In this document: positions 44,059 through 53,386 of the stretch, piece after piece
How positions within the stretch are numbered: position 1 is the stretch's first letter
Layout of the letters: each line of letters opens with the position of its first letter
NCBI GenBank assembly: GCA_964530085.1
Contig: CAZGXX010000003.1
Coordinates: 210,864 to 274,863 of the forward strand
DNA from: an uncultured Azospirillum sp.
GTDB taxonomy: Bacteria; Pseudomonadota; Alphaproteobacteria; Rickettsiales; UBA3002
DNA: 64,000 bases
Direction of reading: 5' to 3'
Translations under genes and position numbers: made by a program
The notes under the pieces: generated by a model
Seen by the model: only the letters and a program-made list of their open reading frames with translations
What the model was told of the DNA's origin: nothing
Databases searched by the model: none

Positions 44059-45819
44059 TTACTCAAACTTCCACGCGTTGGTGATCGGCCAGCGGCGGTC
44101 GCGGCCAAAGGCCATGGGGGTGATTTTCACCCCCGGTGCGGATTGCTGGCGTTTATATTCCGCCCCGGCCACCATGCGGGCCACGCGGGTGACAGTGGCG
44201 GCATCCATGCCCTCTGCCACCAGTTCGGCGACGGAAAGCTGCCGCTCGATGAGCCCACGTAAGATAGTGTCGAGCACCGGATAGGGCGGCAGTGAATCTT
44301 CGTCGCGCTGGTTAGGGCGCAGCTCGGCGGTCGGCGGTTTGGTTATCATCCGCTCGGGAATCACCTGCCCCGCCGCACCAAGGAAGCCCAGCTCGTTCAG
44401 AACGCCCATCGGCGCAGCCGACCGCCAGCGCGCGAGGCGGGTGACGGTCGTTTTATAGACATCCTTCAGCACGCTGAACCCGCCGCACATATCGCCGTAG
44501 AGCGTCGCGTAGCCGACCGACATTTCCGATTTATTGCCAGTGGTCAGCACCATCGCGCCGAATTTATTGCTCACCGCCATAATCAGCATGCCGCGCAGCC
44601 GCGCCTGAATATTTTCCTCCGTCGTATCCGCATGGCGGCCCGCAAACAGCGGCGCGAGCGTCTGGCGCGCAGTATCGATCAGCGGGGTGATCGGCACCGT
44701 ATCCATCCGCAGATGGAGCGCGGCGGCGAGTTGCTCTGCGTCCTCCATGCTATCCACGCTGGTGAACGGCGATGGCAGGCGGATGGTATGCACTTTCTCC
44801 GCCCCCAGTGCATCCGCAGCGATGGCAGCGGTGAGGCCAGAATCAATCCCGCCGGAGAGGCCGAGCACCACGCTGGGGAAGCCATTTTTCGTCACATAGT
44901 CGCGCAGTCCCAGCACCAGCGCGTGGTAGATGGTTTCCTCGTCGGAGCGTGTATCGATCATCGGTGCGGAAATGCAGTGCCAGCCACCATTCTTGAATTG
45001 CGTAGCCTCCCATGGCGAGCCGCTTGCGGCGGGGGTCAGCGGCGAAGCCGCGCAGGGGGTAAGACCCCCTTCAGGTAATTTTTTCTCCCACTTCGTAATC
45101 GCCAGCGATTCCACAAAACCCGGCAGGCGCGCGACATCGCTGCCATCCGCACCGACAGCGTAGGAGCGGCCATCGAACACCAGCTCGTCCTGCCCGCCGA
45201 CAAGGTTGAGGTAAACGAGCGGCAGCCCGGTTTCGCGCACGGCGGCATCCACCACCTGTTTGCGCTGCCCCGCCTTGCCGATATGGTAGGGAGAGGCGTT
45301 CTGCACCAGCAGAATCTCCGCCCCCTGCGACGCCAGCGTTTTGGCGAGCGCCACGTCCCACACTTCTTCGCAGATCAGCACACCGAGGGTGATGCCGCGC
45401 CACTCAAAAACGCACGGCGCGGCGCCGGTTTCAAACACGCGCTTTTCGTCGAACACGCCGTAATTCGGCAGATCATACTTGGTGCGGATGACACGAAGTG
45501 TCCCGCCGCTGGCGAGCAGGCTAACATTATACGTATGGCCGTTTTCATACCACAGCGCGCCGAACAGCAGGTCGCAGGGCAGATCTTTGGTTGCCCGCGC
45601 AATTTCCTCTGCCGCCTGCATCGCCGCCTCGCGGAAGGCGGGGGCAATCACCAGATCCTGCGCGGGATAGCCCACCAGCGCCATTTCCGGATAGAGCACC
45701 AAATCCGCACCGAGATCCGCCGCCTTCGCTGCCAGTTGGCGGATGCGCGAGGCATTGCCCGCCAGGTCGCCCACGACCGGGTTCATCTGCGCAAGCGCGA
45801 GGGTGAATGACTGCGTCAT
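44059..45819 (-). CDS. nadE: glutamine-dependent NAD+ synthetase
   Basis: N-terminal CN-hydrolase domain (LVLYPEMALVGYP, LICEEVW) and a C-terminal NAD synthase domain with GLSGGIDS. 586 aa. Confidence 0.92.
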   Translation of the reverse strand: MTQSFTLALAQMNPVVGDLAGNASRIRQLAAKAADLGADLVLYPEMALVGYPAQDLVIAPAFREAAMQAAEEIARATKDLPCDLLFGALWYENGHTYNVSLLASGGTLRVIRTKYDLPNYGVFDEKRVFETGAAPCVFEWRGITLGVLICEEVWDVALAKTLASQGAEILLVQNASPYHIGKAGQRKQVVDAAVRETGLPLVYLNLVGGQDELVFDGRSYAVGADGSDVARLPGFVESLAITKWEKKLPEGGLTPCAASPLTPAASGSPWEATQFKNGGWHCISAPMIDTRSDEETIYHALVLGLRDYVTKNGFPSVVLGLSGGIDSGLTAAIAADALGAEKVHTIRLPSPFTSVDSMEDAEQLAAALHLRMDTVPITPLIDTARQTLAPLFAGRHADTTEENIQARLRGMLIMAVSNKFGAMVLTTGNKSEMSVGYATLYGDMCGGFSVLKDVYKTTVTRLARWRSAAPMGVLNELGFLGAAGQVIPERMITKPPTAELRPNQRDEDSLPPYPVLDTILRGLIERQLSVAELVAEGMDAATVTRVARMVAGAEYKRQQSAPGVKITPMAFGRDRRWPITNAWKFE

Positions 45820-45848
45820 AAGCGATTTGTGGCAGTTTTACAGCGAAG

Positions 45849-46775
45849 TTACAACGCCTTTTCCAGCTCCGGCACGGCCTGGAACAGATCCGCGACGAGG
45901 CCGTAATCCGCCACTTCGAAGATCGGGGCGTTTTCGTCCTTGTTGATGGCGACGATGACTTTGCTTTCTTTCATCCCCGCCAGATGCTGGATCGCACCAC
46001 TGATGCCGACCGCGATATAAAGCTCTGGCGCCACCACTTTCCCCGTCTGCCCCACCTGATAATCGTTCGGCACAAACCCGGCATCCACCGCCGCGCGGCT
46101 GGCGCCAATCGCCGCGTTCAGCTTGTTCGCCAGACCATCCAGAATGGCGAAATTTTCTTTCGAGCCGATGCCACGCCCGCCGGAAACCACCACGCGCGCT
46201 GCGGTCAATTCCGGGCGGTCGCTCTTCGCGCCTTCCATGCTCACGAAGCGCGATGTGGCAGTGACAGGCACCGCCGGCACCTCCACCACCTCGGCGTTTC
46301 CACCGTCTTTCACTTTATCAAACGCGGTGCCACGCACGGTGATGATCTTGATCGCATCCGTCGATTGCACGGTCTCGAGCGCATTGCCCGCGTAGATGGG
46401 GCGCACGAACGTATCCGCACTCACCACTGCGGTAATCTCCGAAATCTGCTGCATGTCGAGCATCGCGGCGACGCGCGGCATGACGTCTTTGCCCATGGTC
46501 GTCGCCGCGGCGATGACGTGGCTGTAATTTTTTGCAATGCTGACGACGAGCGGCGCGAGCGCTTCCGCCAGCAGATGTGCATAGGCCGCGTCATCGCACG
46601 CATGCAGTGTGCTCACGCCCGCGAGTTGCTTGGCCTCATCGACCACGCTGCTGATGCCAGCGCCCGCGACCAGCAGATGAATTTCGCCACCGATTTTCTG
46701 CGCCGCACCGACCGCAGCACGCGTGGCGGGCGCGAGTTTTCCGTCATGATGTTCTGCGAGTACGAGAATGTTCAT
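45849..46775 (-). CDS. etfA: electron transfer flavoprotein alpha subunit
   Basis: [14 protein letters not shown]..., with the FAD-binding C-terminus [28 protein letters not shown]. Confidence 0.93.
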   Translation of the reverse strand: MNILVLAEHHDGKLAPATRAAVGAAQKIGGEIHLLVAGAGISSVVDEAKQLAGVSTLHACDDAAYAHLLAEALAPLVVSIAKNYSHVIAAATTMGKDVMPRVAAMLDMQQISEITAVVSADTFVRPIYAGNALETVQSTDAIKIITVRGTAFDKVKDGGNAEVVEVPAVPVTATSRFVSMEGAKSDRPELTAARVVVSGGRGIGSKENFAILDGLANKLNAAIGASRAAVDAGFVPNDYQVGQTGKVVAPELYIAVGISGAIQHLAGMKESKVIVAINKDENAPIFEVADYGLVADLFQAVPELEKAL

Positions 46776-46776
46776 G

Positions 46777-47526
46777 TTAAATCACCTTCGCTTCGTTGCG
46801 TAATTTCTCTACCAGCTCGGCAACGTCTTTCACCTTGCCGCCGCCTTTGCGCTTGGCTGGCTCCGCCACCGAAAGCACCTTCGTGCGCTCGCTCACATCC
46901 ACACCCAGCTCGGCGGGCGCCAGCGTCGCGAGTGGCTTGGCGCGCGCTTTCATGATGTCCGGTAGTTTAGCGTAGCGCGGTTCGTTGAGACGCAGATCGG
47001 TGGTAATCACCGCCGGCAGCGTCACCGCAATCGTCATCAACCCGCCATCCACCTCGCGGGTGACAATGGCTTCGCTGCCTGCAATCTCTACCTTGCTCGC
47101 AAACGTCGCCTGCGGCCAGCCCAGCAACGCGGCGAGCATTTGCCCGGTCTGATTCGCGTCGTCGTCAATCGCCTGTTTGCCAGCGATCACGAGGTTCGCT
47201 TGTTCCTTTTCAACAACCGCCTTCAGCAGCTTCGCGGCCACGAGCGGCTCGATGCGTGTATCCGCTGAAACCGCAATCGCGCGATCTGCGCCCACCGCGA
47301 GCGCGGTGCGCAGCGTTTCTTCCACCTGTTTCGGGCCGATCGAGACTACCACCACTTCGGTGGCGATGCCTTTTTCCTTGAGGCGGATCGCCTCTTCCAC
47401 CGCGATTTCGTCGAACGGGTTCATGCTCATCTTCACGTTGGCAAGCTCGACGCCCGAGCCATCCGCCTTCACGCGGACTTTCACGTTATAATCCACCACA
47501 CGTTTGACGGGGACGAGGATTTTCAT
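46777..47526 (-). CDS. etfB: electron transfer flavoprotein beta subunit
   Basis: [26 protein letters not shown]... Its stop is 1 nt upstream of the etfA start. Confidence 0.93.
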   Translation of the reverse strand: MKILVPVKRVVDYNVKVRVKADGSGVELANVKMSMNPFDEIAVEEAIRLKEKGIATEVVVVSIGPKQVEETLRTALAVGADRAIAVSADTRIEPLVAAKLLKAVVEKEQANLVIAGKQAIDDDANQTGQMLAALLGWPQATFASKVEIAGSEAIVTREVDGGLMTIAVTLPAVITTDLRLNEPRYAKLPDIMKARAKPLATLAPAELGVDVSERTKVLSVAEPAKRKGGGKVKDVAELVEKLRNEAKVI

Positions 47527-47535
47527 GCGTAGCTC

Positions 47536-47730
47536 CTATTTCTTCATCATCAACAATGCGGCCACCAAGGCAATCGCGATGCCTTGCAGCACCACGCGGG
47601 CGACCATGATTTTATTGCCATATTTTTTGTTGAACTCGCCGCCGTGCGCCATCGCCGCGATGCCGAGCACCAACACGATCAGCACAGCAAACATGGCCGC
47701 GATCAATAGAATTGCACCGTTATGTTCCAT
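47536..47730 (-). CDS. HIG1-domain twin-transmembrane-helix small protein
   Basis: 64 aa with two TM helices and the loop HGGEFNKKYGNKIMVARV. Confidence 0.75.
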   Translation of the reverse strand: MEHNGAILLIAAMFAVLIVLVLGIAAMAHGGEFNKKYGNKIMVARVVLQGIAIALVAALLMMKK

Positions 47731-47909
47731 TAGGCGGCATGCCCATGCTGGGCATCATGGCCAAGCACATAGGTGCGGCTGCAATAGGGGCAGGTCACGC
47801 TGTTGCCCGCATCCGTATCGATATGCAAAAACACACGCGGATGCCCCAGCGCACCGCCGCCCCCATCGCACGCGACCTGTGGCTCCGAGACTTCAATTGT
47901 TTCAACCAT
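47730..47909 (-). CDS. zinc-finger (CHCC, NDUFS6-like) small protein
   Basis: My own translation, not in the ORF track: MVETIEVSEPQVACDGGGGALGHPRVFLHIDTDAGNSVTCPYCSRTYVLGHDAQHGHAA. The stop TAA overlaps the HIG1 ATG (TAATG). Confidence 0.7.
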   Translation of the reverse strand: MVETIEVSEPQVACDGGGGALGHPRVFLHIDTDAGNSVTCPYCSRTYVLGHDAQHGHAA

Positions 47910-47925
47910 GTGAACGCTCTAGCAG

Positions 47926-48879
47926 TTAGTTGACGAAGACCGATTTCGGCTTTGCACTAGGTTGCGTCGAGGCGTCGTCGTTGTCAAGCGCCACGCGGCG
48001 CACCGAACTTCCCGCAGGGCGAATCAGCATATCGTCGTTCGTGGCGGCAACAGCGGGGGCTGGTTTCACCTCATCCAAAGGCGGCGCAGGATGCACCACC
48101 ATCACTTCACTATGCGCGTTGCCGGCATCATTCACGCGGATGATTTTTACATTATGCGTTGCAGCAATCGGTCGCGTTGGTTTTTTGGGTGCGACGACAG
48201 GCGCTGCCCCAGATGTCGATTCCTCTGCCGAGGCCGTTGGGGCTTGTGTCACCGCTTTCCCTTGGCTTGCACGCGCCTGCGCCACTTTGGTCACGATCCG
48301 GTTCCAGCTCCGTTCAATCTGTGCCAGATATTGCCTGCCCCGCGCCTCCGTACGCGAGTGATAGGCCGCCGTTGCTTTAATCCAATCCCCAAGATCTGCA
48401 TAATTGCGGCTGAGGAATTTTGCGGCATAACCGACATTCGCCGCAGGGTCGAACGCCTCGTTCAAATCGCGAAACGCACCTGCATGATGCTTCAGATTCA
48501 CCTGCATACAGCCGACATCGATACTGCGATAGCCCCGCGCCATCAGGCTTTGCGTCTGGGCGATGGCCTCGGCCTTGCTGTCGAAATAATAGCCTTTTCC
48601 CTCGACATTGATCGTCCAAGGCCAGGGCACCGCCATGCCGAGCCCCTTGTGCCAACGGCCGGATTCGGTGGTCGAAATCGCCGCCAGCAGATGGGTGGGA
48701 ATGCGCTGCGCCCGCTCCTGAACAGGGAATTGCTGGGTGCAGAGTTTTCCGCCCTCAATCAGCGCATCCGCCGCCACGGCAATGGTAGGCGCACTGCTCA
48801 CCACGAGCATCGCCACCACTAAAACCAGCACATACCGAGGATTTCGCATCACTACCCGCTTCTTTGATACCTTTAGCAA
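47926..48879 (-). CDS. lytic transglycosylase (SLT domain) protein
   Basis: Signal-like N-terminus. LLAAISTTESGRW (catalytic Glu), VGCMQVNLKHH, AAYHS. The start may instead be the internal MRNPRY. Confidence 0.82.
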   Translation of the reverse strand: MLKVSKKRVVMRNPRYVLVLVVAMLVVSSAPTIAVAADALIEGGKLCTQQFPVQERAQRIPTHLLAAISTTESGRWHKGLGMAVPWPWTINVEGKGYYFDSKAEAIAQTQSLMARGYRSIDVGCMQVNLKHHAGAFRDLNEAFDPAANVGYAAKFLSRNYADLGDWIKATAAYHSRTEARGRQYLAQIERSWNRIVTKVAQARASQGKAVTQAPTASAEESTSGAAPVVAPKKPTRPIAATHNVKIIRVNDAGNAHSEVMVVHPAPPLDEVKPAPAVAATNDDMLIRPAGSSVRRVALDNDDASTQPSAKPKSVFVN

Positions 48880-48975
48880 GCCCTATGCCGCAGGGCAAGA
48901 TTGCGCGCAACAAATCGCCATGACAGCATACCTCAAACGGAGTATACTGTACCAACTGTCACCACGAGGCCACCC

Positions 48976-49728
48976 ATGACGCGCCGCCACGCCTTCACCT
49001 TGCTTGAAATGTCGATTGTAATCGTCATCATTGGCCTGTTGCTTGGCGGATTGGTGGGAGGGCGCAACTATATCAAAAATGCTGAGCTGACGAGCATCAT
49101 CACCGAATCGAAGTTCTACATCAGTATGTTTAGCCAGTTTCAGCAGCAATATGGCTATGTCCCGGGCGATATGCCAGATGCGATCAGCCAAATCGGAGCG
49201 ACGAATAATGGCGATGGCAACGGGCAAATTCTGAGTTCGGATGATACTGTTGCCTCAACCGCAAGACCGGAAATCTTCTACGCATTCGAGCATCTAAACA
49301 AAGCCAAGCTGATTGACGGCAGCTACACGGGAGCCACCTCGAGTTACGGCTCACTCGCCGCGCTGGCGGGCACCAACATCCCCCGCATTTCCTTCCCGGA
49401 TAGCGCCTTGATGTTCGACCACCCCACCGCGCTGGATGGCAATGTGAGCAGCGACCTACTCTATTTTGATGGCTTCTACGGGCATGTCCTGCGCGTAGCC
49501 AAAATCAGCCCCACTTCCACGGGCCTTCCGGACACCCCAATGCTTACTGCCAAGCAAACGCTTTCGCTGGACAGCAAGTTCGACGATGGCCGCCCATCCA
49601 CAGGCTGGATTACCGTTCCAAAAATCAACGTTGGTAGCTGCGCAAACGATCCTGATCCCGCCAGCGCCCAATACGCTACAGTGGCAACTAATTCTCCTGA
49701 CTGCTACCTCATCCTCAAAGTGCAATAA
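48976..49728 (+). CDS. prepilin-type N-terminal cleavage/methylation domain protein (stand-alone pilin or pseudopilin)
   Basis: MTRRHAFTLLEMSIVIVIIGLLLGGLV class III signal. No other pilus or T2SS genes lie adjacent in the window. Confidence 0.75.
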   Translation: MTRRHAFTLLEMSIVIVIIGLLLGGLVGGRNYIKNAELTSIITESKFYISMFSQFQQQYGYVPGDMPDAISQIGATNNGDGNGQILSSDDTVASTARPEIFYAFEHLNKAKLIDGSYTGATSSYGSLAALAGTNIPRISFPDSALMFDHPTALDGNVSSDLLYFDGFYGHVLRVAKISPTSTGLPDTPMLTAKQTLSLDSKFDDGRPSTGWITVPKINVGSCANDPDPASAQYATVATNSPDCYLILKVQ

Positions 49729-49813
49729 TCTACGCCTACCCTCACTTTTTTGCAGATTTTGCTCAAAAATTATGCTAGGTTAGAACATGATCTCCACGTA
49801 GGAGGGGCATGGA

Positions 49814-50089
49814 ATGACTGAAAAACCGCGCGAGTTGGAGCTCATGCTCCGTGACTACCGGCTGACGACGGCAGAGATTATTTACCGCTTCCCGGATCAC
49901 CCGGTACTGCTGCAATCCTATGTGTGGCAAGAGCTCGACATCGCTCCCAAATTCCCCACACTGCATAAATTCCTCGATTTCTGGGATCGTGAGCTCGATG
50001 GTAAAATCCACTCCGTCAAGGTCATGCATGCCGAACTGGTTACCCCGGCGGAATTCAAACTGGTGCAGGGCTCATTGCTGATTCACTAA
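49814..50089 (+). CDS. usg: Usg-family protein
   Basis: RDYRLTTAEIIYRFPDHPVLLQSYVWQELDIAPKFPTLHKFLDFW, a small protein typical of alphaproteobacteria. Confidence 0.8.
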   Translation: MTEKPRELELMLRDYRLTTAEIIYRFPDHPVLLQSYVWQELDIAPKFPTLHKFLDFWDRELDGKIHSVKVMHAELVTPAEFKLVQGSLLIH

Positions 50090-50129
50090 ATCGCTCGACT
50101 CTGCCGCGCAGAATCGCTAGCTATCGCGC

Positions 50130-51161
50130 ATGGTAGCCTCTCTAAAAATTGCGAATATCATGCTTGGTGGCAAGCGCGGCGGCATCGAGCAGGCGCTGGT
50201 CGACAGCTCGGAAGCGCTGCGGCTGCAGGGCCACGAGGTAACGGCATTCATCCGCGACCGTGCGGCGATTGCGCCGGTATTGAAACAGGCGGGAATCCCA
50301 TTTCAGACGCTCTATCTTCCGTCGCGCTGGAATCTCTTTGCGCGGGCGGCGCTCGCCTGCGCACTCAGGCGCTACGACCTTGTACTCGTGCATGGCAACC
50401 GCGCCGGGCAGATGACACGTGGCACGGCTAAATTGCCCCCGATACTCGCGGTATCGCATAGCCGCTTCTTCACACCAATGAAGCATTTTGCAGGCATCAT
50501 TGCTCTGTCGGCAGATCGTGCGCGCGACCTTGGCACGCCTTATGTGGTGCCGAATCTCGTGCGTCTGCCTGCCTATACACCGCGCACGGAACATACGCCG
50601 CCTGTCATTGGCGCGTTAGGGCGTTTCTCGACCGAGAAGGGCATGGATATGCTGGTCGATGCGCTGCATCTGCTCCATCAGCGCGGCATCGCGTTTGAGA
50701 CGCGCATCGGTGGCGATGGGCCACAGAAAAAAATAATCACCGAGCGCATCGCCATGCGCGGGCTTGGCGATAAAATCACCCTACTCGATTGGGTGGCCGA
50801 CAAAGACGCGTTCTATCGCGGCATCGATCTATTTGTGTTACCCTCACGCAGTGAAACCTTCCCCATCACGCTACTCGAGGCGATGAGCCACGCCTGCCCC
50901 GTGGTTGCCACACGCTGCGGCGGGGCCGAGCGCATCATGAAATCCGGCCTACAGGGCTTGCTGTGCGAGATTACCGCGCACGAACTTGCCAATGCGCTGG
51001 AATGGATGGTGACGCATCCTGCACAAGCCCTCGCGATGGGAGCCGCTGGGCGCACCCATGCCGAGCAGCATTACGCCATCGACGTCGTCGGCAAAAAACT
51101 CTCGGACATCGCTGCCGAAATAGTTGCCCAAACTGCCACACCCCATGCAAAGCGTGCCTGA
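50130..51161 (+). CDS. glycosyltransferase family 4 (GT-B, GT1-like)
   Basis: LGRFSTEKGMD and the E-x7-E region SRSETFPITLLEAMSHACPVVATRCGG. Confidence 0.85.
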   Translation: MVASLKIANIMLGGKRGGIEQALVDSSEALRLQGHEVTAFIRDRAAIAPVLKQAGIPFQTLYLPSRWNLFARAALACALRRYDLVLVHGNRAGQMTRGTAKLPPILAVSHSRFFTPMKHFAGIIALSADRARDLGTPYVVPNLVRLPAYTPRTEHTPPVIGALGRFSTEKGMDMLVDALHLLHQRGIAFETRIGGDGPQKKIITERIAMRGLGDKITLLDWVADKDAFYRGIDLFVLPSRSETFPITLLEAMSHACPVVATRCGGAERIMKSGLQGLLCEITAHELANALEWMVTHPAQALAMGAAGRTHAEQHYAIDVVGKKLSDIAAEIVAQTATPHAKRA

Positions 51162-51162
51162 G

Positions 51163-51909
51163 ATGACCACACCAGCCCCTCACAGCGCCCGCGCCCTGAT
51201 TGCTATCACTGGTGACGATGCCATCCCCTTCCTGCAAGGCATCCTGACGCAGGATGTGACCAAGCTCGCTGCCGAGAAAATCCAGTTCGCGGCGCTGCTC
51301 TCACCGCAGGGAAAAATCCTCCACGACATGTTCCTGATCGATGCGGCGACCATCGGTGCGGATGACGGGATTCTCCTCGACACACCTGCACCGCACGCCC
51401 CCACCCTGCTCAAGCGGCTCGCCATGTATAAACTCCGCGCACGCGTCACCATCACGGATGTCAGCGCGGCGTGGCATATTACCCTCGGTGATGACGGCCT
51501 GCCCGACCCGCGCCATCCGCAGTTGCCCAAACGCCTCTACAGCCGCGAGCCCTACCAGTCACCACTCACCACTCACCACTCACCACTCTCTTTAGGCATT
51601 CCAGACAGCGCGGTCGATTTCGCGCCGGATACCATCGTCGCGATGGATGCGGGCTATGATTTGCTCCACGCCATCAGCTTCACCAAAGGCTGTTATGTTG
51701 GGCAGGAAATCATCGCGCGGATGTATTACAAACAAATCGCGCGCAAAGGGTTTTACATCCTCACGCACGACACACTACCCACGCGCCTCGCATTGCTACG
51801 TTTTGAAGATGTCGCGGCCGATGGCGCTGTCACGCTGGATGGCGTCACCTACCGCGCCACCCTGCCGGAATGGATGGGGCCGAAGCGGGTGGCCTCTCCT
51901 TCGATGTAG
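51163..51909 (+). CDS. ygfZ: folate-binding Fe/S-cluster repair protein YgfZ (CAF17 family)
   Basis: The diagnostic KGCYVGQE motif, plus ITGDDAIPFLQGILTQDV. The ATG is 1 nt after the glycosyltransferase stop. Contains a heptamer array encoding SPLTTHHSPL. Confidence 0.88.
   Translation: MTTPAPHSARALIAITGDDAIPFLQGILTQDVTKLAAEKIQFAALLSPQGKILHDMFLIDAATIGADDGILLDTPAPHAPTLLKRLAMYKLRARVTITDVSAAWHITLGDDGLPDPRHPQLPKRLYSREPYQSPLTTHHSPLSLGIPDSAVDFAPDTIVAMDAGYDLLHAISFTKGCYVGQEIIARMYYKQIARKGFYILTHDTLPTRLALLRFEDVAADGAVTLDGVTYRATLPEWMGPKRVASPSM
51560..51587. repeat. tandem heptanucleotide array (4 units) inside ygfZ
   Basis: CACCACT x4 exactly, preceded by CAGT. Confidence 0.9.
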
Positions 51910-51928
51910 GCAAAAATTAAAAAAAGAC

Positions 51929-52012
51929 GCGAGCCGGGCGAGCCAGCCATGAGCCCGCGAAGCGGCGCTCCATGGAATTTTCAGGAGAAAATTCCGGGAG
52001 CAATCAAAAAAC
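51929..52012 (+). repeat. copy 2 of an approximately 80-nt repeat with a covarying hairpin
   Basis: GCGAGCCGGGCGAGCCAGCCATGAGCCcGCGAAGC ... GGAATTTTC-agga-GAAAATTCC-GGGAGCA..AAAAAAC. It starts 20 nt after the ygfZ stop. Confidence 0.75.
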
Positions 52013-52204
52013 CACCTACCTCTGCGACGCAGAGGTAAGTGAATGGACCACCCTGGCCGTGGGTACGTCTGATTCTCTCGTGACCCGTTTGAACAGGTGG
52101 GCACCGTATGCCACAAACCAAGGGCTCATGACAGGGACAGCTCCCCAAGAGTGATAGTCGGTCCGGAGTAATGCACGACCTGCACAAACCGGGCAGTACC
52201 ATTC
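52006..52204 (-). ncRNA. structured small RNA with its own promoter and terminator; possible 6S RNA (ssrS)
   Basis: Minus-strand promoter TTGTGT-17 nt-TATATT (52239-52211). A long-range stem UGAAUGGuACUGCCC (52205-52191) pairs with GGGUGGUCCAUUCA (52054-52041). The terminator is ACTTACCTCTGC-gtc-GCAGAGGTAGGT followed by GGTTTTTT. No ORF. It lies downstream of zapA. Confidence 0.55.
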
Positions 52205-52268
52205 AGCGCTAATATAGAGGAAAGCTGAGGGAGACACAAGATGGATTAGGCGGAGATGGCTCTTCCGA

Positions 52269-53006
52269 TTATTCTGGAAGAAAGCTTGTATCCATCTCAT
52301 ATTGTTTTGGATTCTTGCTATTGATGAGCACACTCACCTTATTAAACCGCAAAAATTCGGTTGGATCGCGTGGGAGATCATTGCTAATAAAGCAATATTC
52401 TTTGCGTGTTTGAGGATCCGTCCACTCGGCATAAATCTCCCAGATAGGAGGGTTTTTGTCTTCATCTTTTACCACTTCTGTAACAGTCGCCTGTACTGTT
52501 TCAGGACTCCGTTTGCGCCAATAGTCTACGTCCGACATTTTTAACTTGCGCGCAAGGTTGCTAAAAAACAAGAGCACCCCTGCAAAAATCCATAGCAATC
52601 CAGGAAGGAAAAAAAGCGAAACAACACTTTTTATTTTAGCATTCTCCGGATGTTTAGGGTCATATAAAACTTCAACCTCTTCGCCCTCTTCATATCTGGG
52701 GCTACCACTACCAACGGAATCATCGAACCTGTACTCAACATCTGCCACCAAAAAAACAACCTGCGAGTAAGCACTAGCTTCCTTACCCTCGCCCTTGTAA
52801 GTAGATCCGTATATCTTTCCTTTTGTAGCCTCCGCAGTAATGATAAAGGATGCTACATTGAACGTGACCAACAAAGCCGCCAGAAAGATAATTACGCCCA
52901 GAAGGCTAAAAACCAATACATGCACACCGTTGTTGAAAAAGCTTTTTAAACCGTCACCGACGCCGAACTGGCCTCTGTAGCGTTTTATTTGTTGGTCATG
53001 CCGCAT
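52269..53006 (-). CDS. AT-rich membrane protein with two DUF3592-like modules
   Basis: Start at MRHDQQ (ATG 53006, overlapping the zapA stop). TM, then ...YSQVVFLVADVEYRFDD...GEEVEVLYDPKHPENA, then TM, then a second module ending VSVLINSKNPKQYEMD. Confidence 0.6.
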   Translation of the reverse strand: MRHDQQIKRYRGQFGVGDGLKSFFNNGVHVLVFSLLGVIIFLAALLVTFNVASFIITAEATKGKIYGSTYKGEGKEASAYSQVVFLVADVEYRFDDSVGSGSPRYEEGEEVEVLYDPKHPENAKIKSVVSLFFLPGLLWIFAGVLLFFSNLARKLKMSDVDYWRKRSPETVQATVTEVVKDEDKNPPIWEIYAEWTDPQTRKEYCFISNDLPRDPTEFLRFNKVSVLINSKNPKQYEMDTSFLPE

Positions 53007-53385
53007 TGTATGCCCTCCACACCGATAATTTCTCCGCAATACCCTCAATGCGCGTCGCGAGGGCATGGAGGCTCTCGGCCATGCCTTCTTCCAGCGCGGC
53101 GATGCGGGCGTCGTCGCCGCTTTCCATCACCTGACGGCGGGTTTCGGTCAGCTCGCGTTTCAGGTTCGCGTTTTCGCGGGTGGTTTCATGCAGTTCGTCC
53201 GCCAACATCAGCGCGGTGTAGAGCAGCAGCATCGGCTCGGAGAGTTTGCCCACGCCCTGCATCAGCGTCGCCGCGCGCGCGTTCACCTCGGTCACGAGCT
53301 GCGCGAGATGCTGCTCCTGCCCGGCGTCGCATGCCAGCGTATAATCCTTGCCCTGAATGGTCGCGATCACCGTGCGCATAGCCAT
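52996..53385 (-). CDS. zapA: cell division protein ZapA
   Basis: VIATIQGKDYTLACDAGQEQHLAQLVTEVNARA...LLYTALMLADEL. Confidence 0.85.
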   Translation of the reverse strand: MAMRTVIATIQGKDYTLACDAGQEQHLAQLVTEVNARAATLMQGVGKLSEPMLLLYTALMLADELHETTRENANLKRELTETRRQVMESGDDARIAALEEGMAESLHALATRIEGIAEKLSVWRAYNAA

Positions 53386-53386
53386 A

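Noticed and set aside
52150-52180. SRP (4.5S) RNA identity for the sRNA, because of a GGUCCGGAG segment.
   Set aside because: The GNRA-type tetraloop closed by the conserved domain IV helices is not present, and the orientation implied by the terminator is opposite.
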